Shown: positions 46,577 through 56,647, numbered from the stretch's first letter. The stretch: DNA of 64,000 nt from an uncultured Thermodesulfobacteriota bacterium (GCA_964634465.1 CAZWLY010000016.1:7771-71770), one strand, 5' to 3'. The notes: a model not told the origin generated them from the letters alone. Numbers and translations: made by a program.

Positions 46577-47341
46577 TCAGAGCATGATCGAGCCGCCGTT
46601 GGAGTCGAGGGCGGCCCCGGTTATGTTTACCGCGGCGTCGCTGACAAGAAAGCCGATCACCGCCGCCTGCTCCTCGGGCGAGGCCATCTTGCCCCGGGGA
46701 ATGCTCGCCGAGAGCCGGTCGATCTCGTCCGGGGAGGTGGAGTCGAGGACCATCGGCGTCAGGGTCGCGCCGGGGCAGAAGGCGTTGACCCTCACCCCGT
46801 GGGGGGCCAGCTCCCGGGCCAGGTGCCTGGACAGGCCGACCAGACCGTGCTTGGAGGCGGTGTAATGGGCCCCGCCCAGGAGGCTGCACGTCCGCCCGGC
46901 CAGAGAGGCGACGTTGACGATCACCCCCCGGCCCCGTTCGACCATCGGCCCGGCCGCCTCCCGGCAGAACAGGAAGCAGCCCCTCAAGTTGATCCCCAGC
47001 AAAAGATCCCACTCCGAGGTCTCGATGTTCAAAAAGGAGGTCCGGCGAAGTATTCCTGCCGCGTTGACCAGGAAGTCGATCGTCCCGAAGGCGTCGAGCG
47101 TCTCGCCCACCGCCCGCTTCACCTCGGCCTCGTCGGCCGCGTCGGCCGTGACGACGAGGGCCCTGGGGCCGCCCAGCCGCTCGATCTCCTTGTCGGTCCC
47201 GGCCAACCCCTCTTGGTTCAGGTCCACCAGGGCCACCCCGGCGCCCATCCCGGCCAGGTGGATCGCCGCCGCCCGGCCGATACCGCTGGCCGCGCCGGTG
47301 ACGAGGCCGAACCGGCCCGCTAAATCCAGTTGCCAGGCCAT
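46577..47341 (-). CDS. Short-chain dehydrogenase/reductase (SDR), candidate butanediol/acetoin reductase
   Basis: 254 aa counted from MAWQLDLAGRFGLVTGAASGIG (TGxxxGxG), with a GGTGGAGG RBS. A YxxxK catalytic tetrad region is present. Confidence 0.85.
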   Translation of the reverse strand: MAWQLDLAGRFGLVTGAASGIGRAAAIHLAGMGAGVALVDLNQEGLAGTDKEIERLGGPRALVVTADAADEAEVKRAVGETLDAFGTIDFLVNAAGILRRTSFLNIETSEWDLLLGINLRGCFLFCREAAGPMVERGRGVIVNVASLAGRTCSLLGGAHYTASKHGLVGLSRHLARELAPHGVRVNAFCPGATLTPMVLDSTSPDEIDRLSASIPRGKMASPEEQAAVIGFLVSDAAVNITGAALDSNGGSIML

Positions 47342-47422
47342 CTTTCGACCTCCACCAGTCACAATCCGGTTTGATTCTTTGTTCGTCTCGCCATCTCGGC
47401 CGTTAAATCGAGGGTGCCATGT

Positions 47423-47905
47423 CTATCGTTCAAAACTGCCATTTGAAGCCGAAATCTTCATCTCTTTCTTGGTCCATATTGGATCCAGCCAACCACTCCG
47501 CTTGACCTCAAAATGATCCAAGTGCGGTGAATACGGTTTGATGTCAATAAGGGGAGTACCATCAATAACGTCGATGTCCTCGACTTGGAGCAAGTTCCCT
47601 TGGACCGCCGCCAACCTGACCGCGGACATACCGATAGGATTGGGACGGGCGGGCAGCCGGGTGGCAAAAACACCGTGGGGATCATCGTCAAGGTAGGTGG
47701 GGGTGACGAGTTTAGGTTCGGCCGCTCGATGAAACCAGTAGATCAGCCAGATTCGGTCAAAACCGTCCAGGTCCTTGAGCCCCATAATGAACTCTTCGAA
47801 GACCTCAACGGTACCTCGGGCGCCCTTGGAGGTTCTCGGCTGAAGAGGCGTTCCCGCCGCCTCGCGAAAAGACGTATGTACGATTCCAATCGGTTTGAGC
47901 TTCAC
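47423..47905 (-). CDS. TsaA/YaeB-family SAM-dependent methyltransferase (TrmO-like)
   Basis: 160 aa. TsaA-domain motifs are RPNPIGMSAVRL...DGTPLIDIKPY. Confidence 0.8.
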   Translation of the reverse strand: MKLKPIGIVHTSFREAAGTPLQPRTSKGARGTVEVFEEFIMGLKDLDGFDRIWLIYWFHRAAEPKLVTPTYLDDDPHGVFATRLPARPNPIGMSAVRLAAVQGNLLQVEDIDVIDGTPLIDIKPYSPHLDHFEVKRSGWLDPIWTKKEMKISASNGSFER

Positions 47906-48040
47906 CTGCGGCTCATCCTTCTCTCAACAAGCCCTTCTCCTGATCTCCCGAGCAAAAATTCGATATGGTATTTCGGACGATGTTGATCCGTGTCGGTTCT
48001 AACTAACCAAAAAATAGCATCCTCCATGGCCGATTGCCTA

Positions 48041-48083
48041 TTGACATGCCGTTGCTTAGTAAGGTATACGTATACGTACACCT
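48041..48083 (+). promoter_or_regulatory. sigma70-like promoter (-35 TTGACA, 17 bp, -10 GTATAC/TATACG) overlapped by a 22-bp near-palindrome AGGTATACGTATACGTACACCT (candidate GntR autoregulatory operator)
   Basis: A perfect -35 hexamer lies at 48041-48046. The palindrome (one mismatch) spans 48062-48083, about 55 bp upstream of the GntR TTG start. Confidence 0.4.
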
Positions 48084-48137
48084 TGTCAACCGGTAATCCT
48101 GACGCCCGTCGACACCGCGGAAACATGGGGTGATCTC

Positions 48138-48875
48138 TTGGCTGACACGCCGTCCATAGAGCTGGCCAGAATCGAGGAGCGCGGACCCCTCGGCGAGCGG
48201 GTCTATCAAATTCTCAAGCAGGCCATCATCACCGCTCAGCTTCCGCTGGGAAGCTCGCTGCCGGAGGATCATCTGGTCCAGGCCTTGGGGGTCAGCCGGA
48301 CTCCGGTCCGGGAGGCCCTCAAACGGCTCTCCAGCGAGGGCTTGGTCGAGCTGCCTTCCCGCAAGGCGGCCAAGGTTATTCGTCTGACCAACGAGGAGTT
48401 GGACCAGATCTTCGAGGCCAGGGAGGTGATCGAGACCAGGTTCTTCGTCAGGGCGGCCCGGTCCATCCCCGTCGAGGAGTTCAGGGCCATCAAGGCCGAG
48501 CTGGGGGCGGCGGAGAAGTATCTCGACGAAGTCGGGGGCGACGCCGGCGCCTGGCGCAAGGCGCTGGAGAGATACCTCTACCTCGACCGGGCCTTCCACG
48601 ACCGGCTCATCGAAGCCTCGGGCAACCAGTATTGGATCCGGTTCTACAACACCGTTCGGGACCGCATTCAGATCTTCGCCCACCTGGTCAGCACCGCCCA
48701 CCCGGAGAGGTTCCGGCTGGCCATCCCGGAACACAACGACATCCTCGACGCAGTCATCGCCGGCGATTTCGCCAGGGGCAAGGCCCTGATGAGGAAGCAC
48801 ATCCGAACTTTCAGGGCCCGCATCGACATCGACTGGGCCGGGCAAGGGACAGTGGCAAATGTCAGGTTGGCCTAG
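48138..48875 (+). CDS. GntR-family transcriptional regulator (FCD domain)
   Basis: 245 aa with a TTG start. The wHTH reads EDHLVQALGVSRTPVREALKRL, and an FCD C-terminal domain follows. Confidence 0.8.
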   Translation: MADTPSIELARIEERGPLGERVYQILKQAIITAQLPLGSSLPEDHLVQALGVSRTPVREALKRLSSEGLVELPSRKAAKVIRLTNEELDQIFEAREVIETRFFVRAARSIPVEEFRAIKAELGAAEKYLDEVGGDAGAWRKALERYLYLDRAFHDRLIEASGNQYWIRFYNTVRDRIQIFAHLVSTAHPERFRLAIPEHNDILDAVIAGDFARGKALMRKHIRTFRARIDIDWAGQGTVANVRLA

Positions 48876-50397
48876 CTCCCGGACCATTCTGCTCAACGCC
48901 GCCGACAACGTGGCCGTGGCCTTGAGCGACCTTGCTCCCGGCGAGACGATCGAGCTGGACGGCGGCGCTCTTTCCGTCCGGGACGAGATCCCGGCCGGTC
49001 ACAAGGCGGCCGTGGCCGACATCGGCGCCGGCGAGGCGGTTTACAAATACGGCCAGATCATCGGCTTCGCCTCGAAAGAGATCAAAGCCGGCCAGCACGT
49101 CCACACCCACAACCTGGCCATGGGCCGCTTCGGCCGCGACTACGCCGTCGGGGTCGACGCCCGCCCGACCGAGTACGTCGCCGAGGAGAGCCGGGCCGTC
49201 TTCGAGGGCTACTTGCGACCAGACGGCCGGGTGGGGATCCGCAACTACGTCGGCGTCCTGGCCTCGGTCAACTGCTCGGCCAGCGTCTGCCACTTCATCG
49301 CCGAGGCGTTCAAGGGTTCGGTCATGGACGAGTGGCCCAACGTGGACGGCGTCCTCGCCCTGGGCCACGGCCTGGGCTGCGGCATGGCCGTCGGCGGCGA
49401 GGGCCATCTGGTCTTGCAGCGCGCCCTGGCCGGCTTCGCCCGCCACCCCAACTTCGCCGGCGTTCTCGTCATCGGGTTGGGTTGCGAGGCCAACCAGGTC
49501 GAGGCCCTGGTCGCCGACCAGGGGCTGGAGATCGACTTTAAGACCAGGGTGATGACCATTCAGGACCTCGGCGGGACCAGGGCGACGGTCGAGCGCGGCA
49601 TAGACGCCGTCAAGGAGCTCTTGGCCGAAGCGGACAAGGCCCGGCGACAAAGAGTTTCGGCCGGCGAACTGATCGTCGGCTTGGAGTGCGGCGGCTCGGA
49701 CGCCTACTCCGGGATAACGGCCAATCCGGCCCTGGGCGCGGCGGCCGATCTCGTCGTCGCCCACGGCGGCACGGTTATTTTGAGCGAGACGCCGGAAATC
49801 TACGGCGCCGAGCACTTGCTTACCCGCCGGGCGGTGAGCAGGGAGGCGGCCGACAAGCTGATCGAGCGCATCCGTTGGTGGGAAGACTACACCGCCAGGC
49901 TGGGCGGCGAGATCAACAACAACCCCACCCCCGGCAACAAGGCCGGCGGGTTGACCACCATCCTGGAGAAATCCCTGGGCGCGGCGGCCAAGGGCGGCTC
50001 GACCAACCTCGTCGCCGTCTACGACTACGCCGAGCCGGTGACGGCCAAGGGGTTGGTCTTCATGGATACGCCGGGCTACGACATGGTCTCGATCACCGGC
50101 ATGATCGCCGGCGGGGCCCATCTGATCTGCTTCACCACCGGCCGGGGTACCGTCTGCGGCTCCAAGCCCGCCCCCAGTCTGAAGCTGGCCTCCAACAGCG
50201 CCATGTACGAACGTTTGACGGACGACATGGACTTCAACTGCGGAGCGGTCATCGACGGCGGGATCACGGTCGGGGAGATGGGCCGGGAGATCTTCGATCT
50301 GATTTTGGCCGCCGCCTCGGGCCGAAAGACCAAGAGCGAGGCGCAGGGCTTCGGCGATCACGAGTTCGTGCCCTGGCAGCTCGGGGCGGTGATGTGA
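48859..50397 (+). CDS. Altronate/galactarate dehydratase family protein (UxaA/GarD; SAF N-terminal domain)
   Basis: 512 aa. As I recall the E. coli UxaA sequence, it is collinear with this protein (DNVAVAL, GLGCE, ECGGSD, NPTPGNKAGG). Confidence 0.85.
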   Translation: MSGWPSSRTILLNAADNVAVALSDLAPGETIELDGGALSVRDEIPAGHKAAVADIGAGEAVYKYGQIIGFASKEIKAGQHVHTHNLAMGRFGRDYAVGVDARPTEYVAEESRAVFEGYLRPDGRVGIRNYVGVLASVNCSASVCHFIAEAFKGSVMDEWPNVDGVLALGHGLGCGMAVGGEGHLVLQRALAGFARHPNFAGVLVIGLGCEANQVEALVADQGLEIDFKTRVMTIQDLGGTRATVERGIDAVKELLAEADKARRQRVSAGELIVGLECGGSDAYSGITANPALGAAADLVVAHGGTVILSETPEIYGAEHLLTRRAVSREAADKLIERIRWWEDYTARLGGEINNNPTPGNKAGGLTTILEKSLGAAAKGGSTNLVAVYDYAEPVTAKGLVFMDTPGYDMVSITGMIAGGAHLICFTTGRGTVCGSKPAPSLKLASNSAMYERLTDDMDFNCGAVIDGGITVGEMGREIFDLILAAASGRKTKSEAQGFGDHEFVPWQLGAVM

Positions 50398-50435
50398 CTC
50401 GCTCGACTCCCCGGCTTTGAGGAGAGGAGGTTTCG

Positions 50436-52094
50436 ATGCTTAGCGACCGGATCAAAAAAGGCCCCCAGCGGATAGCCCACCGTTCCCTGTTGAGGTCCCT
50501 CGGCCTGGACGATTACGACCTCGAGCGACCCTTCATCGGCGTTGCCAACGGCTTCAACGAGATCATTCCCGGCCACCTCCATCTCCGCGATCTGGCCGAG
50601 GAGGTCAAGGCCGGCATCTACCAGGCCGGCGGGGTGCCGTTCGAGTTTCCCATGATCGGCGTCTGTGACGGCCTGGTGATGGGTCACGAGGGGATGCGCT
50701 ACTCGCTTCCCAGCCGGGAGCTGATCGCCGACTCTCTCGAACTGATGGTTCGGGCCCACTGCTTCGACGGCCTGGTGATGATTGCCAACTGCGACAAGAT
50801 CGACCCGGCCTGCCTGATGGCCGCCGCCAGGATCGACCTGCCCTCGGTCATCGTCTCCGGCGGGGCGATGCTGCCCGGCCGCCGGGCCGGCCGGACGATC
50901 GACGTCTCCAACGTGTTCGAGGCGGCCGGCGAGTTGGCCGCCGGGAAGATCAGCGAGGAGGAGTGCCTGGCCGTGGAGATGGAGGCCTGTCCGACCTGCG
51001 GCTCCTGCGCCGGGCTGTTTACGGCCAACTCGATGAACTGCATGATCGAGGCCTTGGGCATGGGCCTGCCCTTCAACGGCACCATCCCCGGCCCCTATTC
51101 GGCCCGGCGGGTGTTGGCCCGCCGGTCGGGTCGGGCGGTGGTCGAACTGGTGAAGCGCGGCATCCGCCCCTCGGCGATTTTGACCCGCCAGGCGTTCTTG
51201 AACGCCATCACCGTGGACATGGCCATCGGCGGCTCGACCAACACCCTGCTCCACTTGATGGCCGCCGCCCAGGAGGCCGGGGTGGAGCTGACCCTGGACG
51301 ACTTCGATCGGATAAGCCGCCGGACTCCCAACCTGTGCCGGATCACCCCTTCGGGTCATCATCGGATCGTAGACCTGCACCAGGCCGGCGGACTGCCGGC
51401 GATCATGACCCAGTTGGCCGGCCGGCGGCTGGTCGATCTGTCCTGCCTGTCGGTGGTCGGGACCACCCTGGAGGAAGCCGTCGGCGGCTCGCCGGTGTTG
51501 GATCCGGAGGTGATCCGACCGATCGACAACCCTTACACCGAGGAGGGCGGCCTGCTCATCCTGCGCGGCAACCTGGCCCCTAAGGGCGCGGTGATCAAGA
51601 TCGCCGCCGTGGCCGAGGGCTGGAAGGGACACAAAGGACCGGCCCGGGTCTTCGACGGCGAGGAGGCGGCGGCCGACTTCGTCTTCCAGGGCGGGGCCGA
51701 AGCCGGTCAGGTGCTCGTCATCCGCAACGAGGGCCCCAAGGGCGGGCCGGGCATGCGCGAGATGCTGGCCCTGACCTCGGCCTTGGCCGGCATGGGCCTG
51801 AGTGACGAGGTGCTGCTGGTCACCGACGGCCGCTTCTCCGGGGCCTCCCGCGGCACCTCGGTGGGTCACGTCGCGCCCGAGGCGGTCTCCGGCGGGCCCA
51901 TCGCCGCGGTCAGGGACGGCGATGTCGTCGAACTGGATCTCGACCGCCGGGAGCTCAACCTGCTCGTCGATGCGGACGAGATCGAGGCCCGGCTCAAGGA
52001 CTATCGGCCGCCCCAAAAGGACCTGCCCGGCCTGTTGAGACGCTACGCGGCCAACGTGGCCGGAGCGGACAAGGGCGCGGTCTGGAGATCGTGA
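50436..52094 (+). CDS. IlvD/EDD-family dehydratase (dihydroxy-acid / sugar-acid dehydratase)
   Basis: 552 aa. [2Fe-2S] cluster cysteine motifs ([12 protein letters not shown]) and a GGS-type Mg-binding region are present. The specific substrate is not assignable. Confidence 0.85.
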   Translation: MLSDRIKKGPQRIAHRSLLRSLGLDDYDLERPFIGVANGFNEIIPGHLHLRDLAEEVKAGIYQAGGVPFEFPMIGVCDGLVMGHEGMRYSLPSRELIADSLELMVRAHCFDGLVMIANCDKIDPACLMAAARIDLPSVIVSGGAMLPGRRAGRTIDVSNVFEAAGELAAGKISEEECLAVEMEACPTCGSCAGLFTANSMNCMIEALGMGLPFNGTIPGPYSARRVLARRSGRAVVELVKRGIRPSAILTRQAFLNAITVDMAIGGSTNTLLHLMAAAQEAGVELTLDDFDRISRRTPNLCRITPSGHHRIVDLHQAGGLPAIMTQLAGRRLVDLSCLSVVGTTLEEAVGGSPVLDPEVIRPIDNPYTEEGGLLILRGNLAPKGAVIKIAAVAEGWKGHKGPARVFDGEEAAADFVFQGGAEAGQVLVIRNEGPKGGPGMREMLALTSALAGMGLSDEVLLVTDGRFSGASRGTSVGHVAPEAVSGGPIAAVRDGDVVELDLDRRELNLLVDADEIEARLKDYRPPQKDLPGLLRRYAANVAGADKGAVWRS

Positions 52095-52113
52095 GGTTTT
52101 CAGGAAGCAGGCG

Positions 52114-53379
52114 ATGGAGTATCCCCGCTTCGGCATAATCCGACAGATCTTCCCTCAACATCCAGAGCCCGACCCGGCGGCCTGGCTGGACGAGGAACTG
52201 AGGCGCACCGGCCTCTTGGAGCCCGTCCAGCCCGGCCAAAGGGTCCTGATCACCGCCGGCAGTCGGGGCATCGAGTCCAAACCGGCCGTTCTGGCCGCGC
52301 TCACCGAGCGGATAAAGGCCAAGGGCGGCCGGCCGATGATCTTTCCGGCCATGGGTTCCCACGGCGGGGCGAGGGCGGCCGGCCAGGTGGACGTTCTGGC
52401 CCACCTGGGCGTGACCGAAAAGAGCGTGGGCGCGCCGATCTACACCGGCTGGGAGAGCGTTCAGATCGGGAGGGCCGACACGGGCGTGGCGGTCTTCGTC
52501 GATCGAGCGGCGGCCGAGGCGGACCACATCGTCCTGGTGAACAGGATCAAGGAGCACACCGACTACATCGGGACCACCGAGTCGGGGCTGATAAAGATCG
52601 CCGTCATCGGTCTGGGCCGCCAGCCCCTGGCCGAAGTGATGCACCGCCAGGCGATCAACATCGGCTACCAGAAATCGATCCACTCTCTGGCCCGGGTGCT
52701 TCTGGAGAGGCTCAACATCCTGGGCGGAATCGCTCTCCTGGAGGATCACCACAACCGATTGAGAAGATTGGAGGCGGTCCCGGCGGCCGAGTTATTCGTC
52801 CGGGAACCGAAGCTTTTGGCCGAGTCCCAACGGTTCAAGCCCAAGCTGCCGTTCAGCGACCTGGATCTGTTGATCGTGGACGAGATCGGCAAGGAGATCT
52901 CGGGCACGGGAGCCGACACCAAGGTCGTGGGGCGGATCATGAACCGTTTCGAGGCGGAGTGCGCCGAGCCCAAAATCAAGCGGCTGGTCATCCTGGACCT
53001 GTCGGCCGGCACCTACGGCAACGCCATCGGCGTCGGCCTGGCCGACTACACCACCCGCAACTTGGTGGACAAGATGGATGTCGAGGCCACGGCAGTCAAC
53101 TGCATCACCGGCTCCCGCCCCGAGCTGGGACGGGTCCCCATCGCGCTCGGAAGCGACCGGGAGGCGGTGGAGGCGGCTTTGAACACGCTCGGTTTGTGGA
53201 CGCCCGAGACGATCAGGGCGGCCTGGATCGCCAACACCAAGCGGCTCGATCGGCTGGCCGTATCAGCCGCTCTCATCGAGGCGGTCCGGCAGCGCGACGA
53301 GATCGAGATCGAGGGCGAACTGTTCGATCTGCCCTTCAACGACCGAGGCGACCTGGCCAGGTTGGAGCGCCTCCTCTAG
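52114..53379 (+). CDS. LarA-like protein (DUF2088; nickel-pincer-nucleotide-dependent 2-hydroxy-acid racemase/epimerase family), tentative
   Basis: 421 aa. By my recollection of the LarA sequence, it shows LarA-like spacing of an A-x-G-x-H segment (AMGSHGG) and an E-H...G..SG..K segment (KEHTDYIGTTESGLIKIAV), and the length matches LarA. The family call is tentative. Confidence 0.5.
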   Translation: MEYPRFGIIRQIFPQHPEPDPAAWLDEELRRTGLLEPVQPGQRVLITAGSRGIESKPAVLAALTERIKAKGGRPMIFPAMGSHGGARAAGQVDVLAHLGVTEKSVGAPIYTGWESVQIGRADTGVAVFVDRAAAEADHIVLVNRIKEHTDYIGTTESGLIKIAVIGLGRQPLAEVMHRQAINIGYQKSIHSLARVLLERLNILGGIALLEDHHNRLRRLEAVPAAELFVREPKLLAESQRFKPKLPFSDLDLLIVDEIGKEISGTGADTKVVGRIMNRFEAECAEPKIKRLVILDLSAGTYGNAIGVGLADYTTRNLVDKMDVEATAVNCITGSRPELGRVPIALGSDREAVEAALNTLGLWTPETIRAAWIANTKRLDRLAVSAALIEAVRQRDEIEIEGELFDLPFNDRGDLARLERLL

Positions 53380-53531
53380 ACGCCGTTCCCATCGCTTTCG
53401 GCGGCGGGCGAGGTAGGTACTGGGCGGCGGGGCCGCCAATAAAGGAGTCAACGGCGGTCATGACCGCCGATGGGTTTTTACGATGGCGTAAACACCCTTG
53501 CTGGACAACCTTTAACGGAGGGAGAGTGGAC

Positions 53532-54605
53532 ATGAAAAGAGTCAGACTCACAGCCGTGATGGCGGCGCTGGTCCTGGTCGCAGTCCTGGTCGCCGGACCG
53601 GCCATGGCCAAGGTCCTGATCAAGACCCAGAGCCTCTACAGCACCAGCCTGCCGGTCCTGGGCGAGGCCATCCCCTGGTTCGCCAAATCGGTCAAGGAGG
53701 CCAGCGGCGGCGAGGTGATCTTCAAGATCTACGAGCCGGGCAAGCTGGTCGCTCCCAAGGAGATCCTGGAGTCGGTCTCCAAGAAGAGGGTCGCCGCCGG
53801 CTACGCCTCGGCTGGTTTCTGGCAGGGCAAGATCCCGGCCGCGGCGCTGTTCTCGGCCATCCCCTTCGGCCCGGAGGCGGACGAATACCTGGCCTGGATG
53901 TTCTACGGCAACGGGCTCAAGCTCTACCAGGAGATGTACGACTCCAACGGCTACAACGTCAAGGTCTTGCCTCTGGCCATCATCTCTCCGGAGACCTCGG
54001 GCTGGTTCAACAAAGAGATCAAGACGGTCGATGACTTGAAGGGCCTCAAGATGCGCTTCTTCGGCCTGGGCGGCCGGGTCATGGAAAAGCTGGGCGTCAA
54101 CGTCACCCTGACCGCCCCCGGCGAGGTCTTCCCGGCTCTGGAGAAGGGCGCCATCGACGCCACCGAGTTCTCCATGCCCTCCCTGGACCGGAAGATGGGT
54201 TTCTACAAGGTGGCCAAGTACAACTACTATCCCGGCTGGCACCAGCAGGCGACCTTTACCGAGCTCATCATCAACAAGGACGTCTGGAACAAGCTCAGCC
54301 CGGCCAACCGGAAGCTGATCGAGATGTGCACCATGGCCAGCCTGGTCAACTCCCTGGCTCTCGGCGAGGCCACCCAGGGCGTCATCATCGGCGAGAACGC
54401 CAAGAAGTTCGGCGTCAAGAACCGCTACTGGTCGCCCGAAATCCTGGCCGCCTACAAGAAGGCCTGGGACGAGGTGGTGGCTGAGATGTCGGCCAAGGAC
54501 CCGCTCTTCAAGAAAGTCTGGGACGATCTGTCCAAGTTCCGGGCCGACTACGCCAACTGGGCGGCGGTGGGCTTCCTGCCCCGACCCAAGCCGCCGAAGG
54601 ACTAA
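53532..54605 (+). CDS. dctP: TRAP transporter substrate-binding protein (DctP family)
   Basis: 357 aa counted from MKRVRLTAVMAALVLVAVLVAGPAMA (signal peptide), with a GGAGGGA RBS. The longer ORF start at 52959 is a read-through artefact. Confidence 0.85.
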   Translation: MKRVRLTAVMAALVLVAVLVAGPAMAKVLIKTQSLYSTSLPVLGEAIPWFAKSVKEASGGEVIFKIYEPGKLVAPKEILESVSKKRVAAGYASAGFWQGKIPAAALFSAIPFGPEADEYLAWMFYGNGLKLYQEMYDSNGYNVKVLPLAIISPETSGWFNKEIKTVDDLKGLKMRFFGLGGRVMEKLGVNVTLTAPGEVFPALEKGAIDATEFSMPSLDRKMGFYKVAKYNYYPGWHQQATFTELIINKDVWNKLSPANRKLIEMCTMASLVNSLALGEATQGVIIGENAKKFGVKNRYWSPEILAAYKKAWDEVVAEMSAKDPLFKKVWDDLSKFRADYANWAAVGFLPRPKPPKD

Positions 54606-54712
54606 CCGGCCGACCTGAGCCGAGCCAAGCCGACAACCCGGCTGCGGGGAGGGGCGGTCTGGTCCGCCCCCTCCCGCGGCCGCAAGCCGCGATCGGTTTC
54701 GAGGAGATTCGG

Positions 54713-55249
54713 ATGAGCCGCTCCAGTTCCGCCAATCAAAAGCTTCCCGGTCCCAAGTTTTCAGTCCTGGTCGATACGATCATCGCCAAGTTCTGCCGAG
54801 CCCTGGCCTGGCTCAACGTGGTTCTGGCCGCCTTGATTCTGCTCCAGGTCGTCTTGCGCTACGCCTTCGGCCAGGGATTGGTGATCTTCGAAGAGTTGCA
54901 GTGGCACCTCTATGCCGTGTGCATGCTCTTCGGCGTCTCCTACGCCGTCGTCACCGGAGCGCACATCCGACTGGACCTCCTCCATCGCAACTTCAGCCTC
55001 AAGACCAAGGAAAGAATAGAGTTTTTCGGTATCCTTTTGTTTCTAATGCCGATGATAATCATCGTTTTCATCCACAGCTTGGACTTTGTCTACGACTCCT
55101 GGCGGGTCAGCGAGCGCTCCGACTCGCCCCTCGGTCTGCCGGCCCGCTGGCTGATCAAGGGGGCCATTCCGGCCAGCATGATCGTGCTCTTTCTGGCCGC
55201 CCTGTCCCGGATGGTCCGGGCCGCCGTTTACGCCTTCAAGAAAGAGTGA
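54713..55249 (+). CDS. dctQ: TRAP transporter small permease
   Basis: 178 aa with four TM segments and a GAGGAG RBS. Confidence 0.8.
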   Translation: MSRSSSANQKLPGPKFSVLVDTIIAKFCRALAWLNVVLAALILLQVVLRYAFGQGLVIFEELQWHLYAVCMLFGVSYAVVTGAHIRLDLLHRNFSLKTKERIEFFGILLFLMPMIIIVFIHSLDFVYDSWRVSERSDSPLGLPARWLIKGAIPASMIVLFLAALSRMVRAAVYAFKKE

Positions 55250-55261
55250 TGGGGGTCTGAC

Positions 55262-56647
55262 GTGGAAGCCAACGACATCCTGGTCATCTTGATGTTCCTG
55301 ACCTTCATTGGGTTCCTGTTCACCGGTTTCCCCATCGCCTTCGTCCTGGCCGGCACGGCGATGCTCTTCACCCTGGTCGGGTATCTCTCCGATATCTATC
55401 TCGGCACCATCACCGGCCTCAGTTTCAACGAGATCGGGATGATCACCAACCGAATCTTCACTCTGATGGAGAATTGGATCCTGGTGGCGGTGCCGATGTT
55501 CATCTTCATGGGCTTGATGCTGGATCGCTCCGGCATTGCCGAGCGGATGATGAAATCGATGCAGAACCTCTTCGGCAAGGTCCACGGCGGCCTGGCCGTC
55601 ACCGTGGCCGTGATCGGCATCATCCTGGCCGCCTCGACCGGCATCATCGGGGCCTCGGTGGTCCTGTTGGGCTTCTTGTCGTTGCCGGCCATGCTCAACC
55701 AGGGCTACGACAAGGCCCTGGCCACGGGCACCATCGCCGCCTCGGGCACCTTGGGGATTCTCATCCCGCCCAGCATCATGCTGGTCATCATGTCCGACCA
55801 GCTCAGCCTGGCCGTGGGCGACCTGTTCATGGGAGCGCTGATTCCGGGCGTGATCCTGGGTTTCCTCTACATTCTCTACATCGTCATCTACGGCCTGATC
55901 AAACCCCAGGCCGCCCCGCTCTCGCCCGACCGGAAGCCGCTTTCCTGGAAGGTGTTGCTCGAGGTGCTCAAGACCATCATCCCGCCGGCGGCGCTGATTC
56001 TGGCCGTGCTGGGCTCCATCTTCGCCGGCGTGGCCACGCCCACCGAGGCCAGCGGCGTCGGGGCGCTGGGGGCGACGATCCTGGCCGCGCTCAACAAAAA
56101 GCTGAGCTGGAAGGTGGTCAAGGAGGTGGCCGTCGATACCTTCAACACCGTCGGCTACATCTTCGGCATCTTTATCGGCGCCACCTGCTTCGCCCTGGTC
56201 TTGAGGCTCTTGGGCGGTGACGAGTTCATCGAGGCGGCCCTGACCAGCCTGCCGCTGGGTCCCTACGGGGTGATGACCGTCATTCTGGCCTCGGTGTTCC
56301 TGCTGGGTTTCTTTCTGGACTGGATCGAAATCTGCCTCATCGTCCTGCCGCTCTTGGCCCCGGTGGTCAAGTCGCTGGGCATCCATATCGAGACCGGCGG
56401 TCTGGTGGAGAGCCCGGAGCTGGTCTGGTTCGCCGTGCTGGTCGCGGTCAGCCTCCAGACATCGTTTTTGACGCCGCCGGTGGGCTTCGCCATCTTCTTC
56501 CTGATGGGGACCTCGCCGCCCGAGGTGAAGCTCTTGGATATCTACAAGGGCGTCGTGCCCTTCGTCATCCTCCAGCTCATCGGCCTGACCCTGGTGGCCA
56601 TCTGGCCGCAACTGGTCATCTGGCTGCCCATGGTCGCCTACGGTTAG
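55262..56647 (+). CDS. dctM: TRAP transporter large permease
   Basis: 461 aa with a GTG start and a DctM-family polytopic sequence. Confidence 0.9.
   Translation: MEANDILVILMFLTFIGFLFTGFPIAFVLAGTAMLFTLVGYLSDIYLGTITGLSFNEIGMITNRIFTLMENWILVAVPMFIFMGLMLDRSGIAERMMKSMQNLFGKVHGGLAVTVAVIGIILAASTGIIGASVVLLGFLSLPAMLNQGYDKALATGTIAASGTLGILIPPSIMLVIMSDQLSLAVGDLFMGALIPGVILGFLYILYIVIYGLIKPQAAPLSPDRKPLSWKVLLEVLKTIIPPAALILAVLGSIFAGVATPTEASGVGALGATILAALNKKLSWKVVKEVAVDTFNTVGYIFGIFIGATCFALVLRLLGGDEFIEAALTSLPLGPYGVMTVILASVFLLGFFLDWIEICLIVLPLLAPVVKSLGIHIETGGLVESPELVWFAVLVAVSLQTSFLTPPVGFAIFFLMGTSPPEVKLLDIYKGVVPFVILQLIGLTLVAIWPQLVIWLPMVAYG

Noticed and set aside
52959-53531. 5' extension of the DctP ORF to a 548-aa protein
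   Set aside because: The extension overlaps the LarA-like gene and is Arg/Pro-rich. A signal peptide and a GGAGGGA RBS define the real start at 53532.
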